Source: Hemiscyllium ocellatum
Lineage: Eukaryota
Assembly: GCF_020745735.1 (NCBI RefSeq)
Contig: NC_083409.1
Coordinates: forward strand, 14,006,760-14,070,759
Length of the DNA stretch: 64,000 nt
Direction of reading: 5' to 3'
The notes below the pieces were generated by a model. It did no database searches, was not told the DNA's origin, and saw only the letters and a program-made list of their open reading frames with translations. The position numbers and the translations under genes were made by a program. Below, in pieces: positions 61,415 to 64,000 of the stretch (position 1 is the stretch's first letter; the number at the start of each line of letters is the position of its first letter).

Positions 61415-64000
61415 TAGAGTCACAGAGTCAAAGAGATATTCAGAATGGAAACAGACCCTTCGGTCCAACTTGTCCATGCTGACCAGACATCCCAAACCAA
61501 TCTAGTCCCACCTGCCAACTCCTGGCCCAGATCCCTCCAAACCCTTCCAATTCATATACCCATTCAGATGCCTTTTAAATGTTGCAATTGTACCAGCCTC
61601 TACCACTTCCTCTGCTCTCACCACCTTGTGCATGAAAAAGTTGCTCCTCAAGTCTCTTTTATATCTTTCCCCTCTTACCCTAAACCTACGCCCTCTATTA
61701 CTGGACTCCACCACCCCAGGGAAAAGACTTGGTCTCTTTGCCCTATCCATGCCCCTCATGATTTCATAAACCTCTGTAAGGTCACTCCTCAGCCTCCGAC
61801 ACTCCAGGGGAAATATCCCCAGCCTATTTAACCTCTCCCTATAGCTTAAATCCTCCAACCCTGGTAACATCCTTTTATATCTTTTCTGAACCCTTTCAAG
61901 TTTCACAACATCTTTCTGATAGGAAGGAGACCAGAATTGAATGCAATACTTCAAAAGTGGCCTAGGTGACCTCCCAATTCCTATACTCAATAATCTGACC
62001 ATTAAAGGAAAGCATATCGAATGTCTTCTTCATTATCCTATCCAACTACTACTCTACTTTCAAGGAGCTATGAACATGCACTCTAAAGTCTCTTTGTTCA
62101 GCAACACTCCCGAGGACCTTACTATTAAGAGTATAAGTCCTGCTCAGATTTGCTTTCCCAAATGCAACACCTTACATTTATCTAAATTAAATTCCATCTG
62201 CCATTCCTCAGCTCAATTGCCCATTGGATCAAGATCCTATTGTAATCTGACGTAACCTTCTTCACTGTCCACTTCACCTCCAATTTTCATGTCATTTGCA
62301 AACTTACTAACTCTACCGCCTATGTTCATATCCAAATCATTTATGTAAATGACAAAAAGTAGTTGACCCAGCATCAATCCTTATGACAATCCACTGGCCA
62401 CAGGCCTCCAATCTGAAAAACATCCCTCCACTACCACCCTCTGTATTCTACCTTTGAGCCAGTTCTGTATCCAAATGGCTAGTTCTCCTGTATTCCATGA
62501 GATCTAACCTTGCTAACCTGTCTCCCATGGGGAACCTTGTCGAATGCCTTATTGAAGTCCATTCAGATCCTGTCTAATGCTCTGCCCTTATCAATTCTTT
62601 CTGTTACTTCTTCAAAAGATTCAATCAAGTTTGTGAGACATGATTTCCCACACACAAAACCATGCTGCCCAACCCTAATCAGTCTTTGCCTTTCCAAATG
62701 TATGGACAATTTGTCCCTCAGGATTCCGGCTCATTGGTCTACAATTCCCTGACTTGTCCTTACCACCTTTCTTAAATAGTGGCACCAATTAGTGAACCTC
62801 CAGTCTTCTGGCACATCATCTGTGACTATTGAGGATACAAATATCACAGTAAGAGGCCCAGCAATCACTTCCCTAGCTTCCCACAGAGTCCTAGGGTACA
62901 CCTAATTAGGTCCTGGGGATTTATCCACTTTTATGCATTTCAAGACATCTAGCACCTCCTCGTCTGAAATATGAACATTTTTCAAGATGTCACCATCTAT
63001 TACTTTACGTTCTATATCTTCAATATCCTTCTCCACAGTTAAACAGAAGCAAAATACTCGTTTAGTATCTGCCCCATCTCCTGCGGCTCCACACAAAGGT
63101 CGCCTTGCTGATCTTTGAGGGGCCCTATTCTCTCCTTAGTTACTCTCTTGTCCTTAATGTATTCGTAAAATCCCTCTGGATTCTCCTTAACCTTATTTGC
63201 CAAAACATTCTCATGTCCCCTTGTTGCCCTCCTGATTTCCCTCTTAAGAATACTCCTACTGCCTTTGTATACCTCTCAGGATTCACTCGATCTATCCTGT
63301 CTATACCTGACATATGCTCCATTCTTTTTCTTAACCAAACCCTCAATGTTTCTTGTCATCCAATATTCCCTACACCTACCAGCCTTTCCTTTCACCCGAA
63401 CTAAAATATACTTTCTCTGGACTCAAGTTATCTCATTTCTGAAGGCTTCTCATTTTCCAGCTGTCCCTTTACCTGTGAGCAACTTCCCCCAATCAGCTTT
63501 TCAGAGTTTTAGATTAGATTACTTAGTGTGGAAACAGGCCCTTCAGCCCAACAAGTCCAGACGGACCCTCCGAAGAGCAACCCACCCAGACCCATTCCCC
63601 TATGTTTATCCCTTCACCTAACACTATGGACAATTTAGCATGGCCAATTCACCTAACCTGCACTTTTTTAGACTGGGGAGGAAACCCACGCTGACATGGG
63701 GAGTATGTGCAAACTGCACACAGACAGTTGCCTGAGGTGGGAATTGAACCCGGGGCACTGGCACTGTGAGGCAGCAGTGTTAACCACTGTGCCACCGTGC
63801 CTGATACTGGCAAAATTAGCCTTCCTCCAATTTAGAACTTCAACTTCTGGATCTGGTCTATCCTTTTCCATCACTATTTTAAAATGAATAGAATTATGGT
63901 CGCTGACCAAAAGTGCTCCTCCACTTGCACCTCAGTCACCTGCCCTGCCTTATTTCCAAGAGTAGGTCGAGCTTTGCACCTTCTCTAGGAGGTACATCCA
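61415..64000 (-). mobile_element. Degenerate CR1, interrupted by a SINE, runs off the window
   Basis: VDKSPGP and LKYCIQFWSP...KRMLPGLED motifs; tail near 61415. Confidence 0.85.
63510..63800 (-). mobile_element. tRNA-derived SINE (HE1-like)
   Basis: (TTAGA)n tail and GGCACGGTGGCACAGTGGTT head on the minus strand. Confidence 0.88.

Noticed and set aside
1-64000. CRISPR arrays, rRNA/tRNA genes, prokaryotic operons
   Set aside because: Vertebrate DNA; the tRNA-like boxes are SINE heads and the periodic repeats are mini/microsatellites.

Overview
Eukaryotic, repeat-rich cartilaginous-fish DNA; the tRNA-head SINEs with (TCTAA)n tails and the CR1 tails suggest a carpet/bamboo shark. The only host gene is one complete, unrearranged immunoglobulin kappa (NS4-type) light-chain cluster on the minus strand: leader 48731-48683, V 48496-48198 with a perfect 12-RSS, J 47722-47688 with a perfect 23-RSS, a 10.2-kb intron, and C 37493-37165. 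Nearly all other ORFs are CR1 LINE, Penelope-like or SINE fragments, or noise. Downstream of C is a 15.09-kb tandem duplication (4036-19127 / 19128-34215) with a blunt junction and patchy identity. Each unit holds inverted arms with a conserved ~220-bp core containing a CTCF-type motif, giving four sites in +,-,+,- order. This block is flanked by inverted copies of the C 3' flank. At the left end that flank is fused to a copy of J-C intron sequence, which points to a neighbouring tail-to-tail kappa cluster carrying an inversion. Upstream of V are a forkhead-motif minisatellite split by a CR1 and a PU.1/IRF (EICE)-centred candidate enhancer. Percent identities are by-eye estimates, and regulatory calls rest on motifs only.
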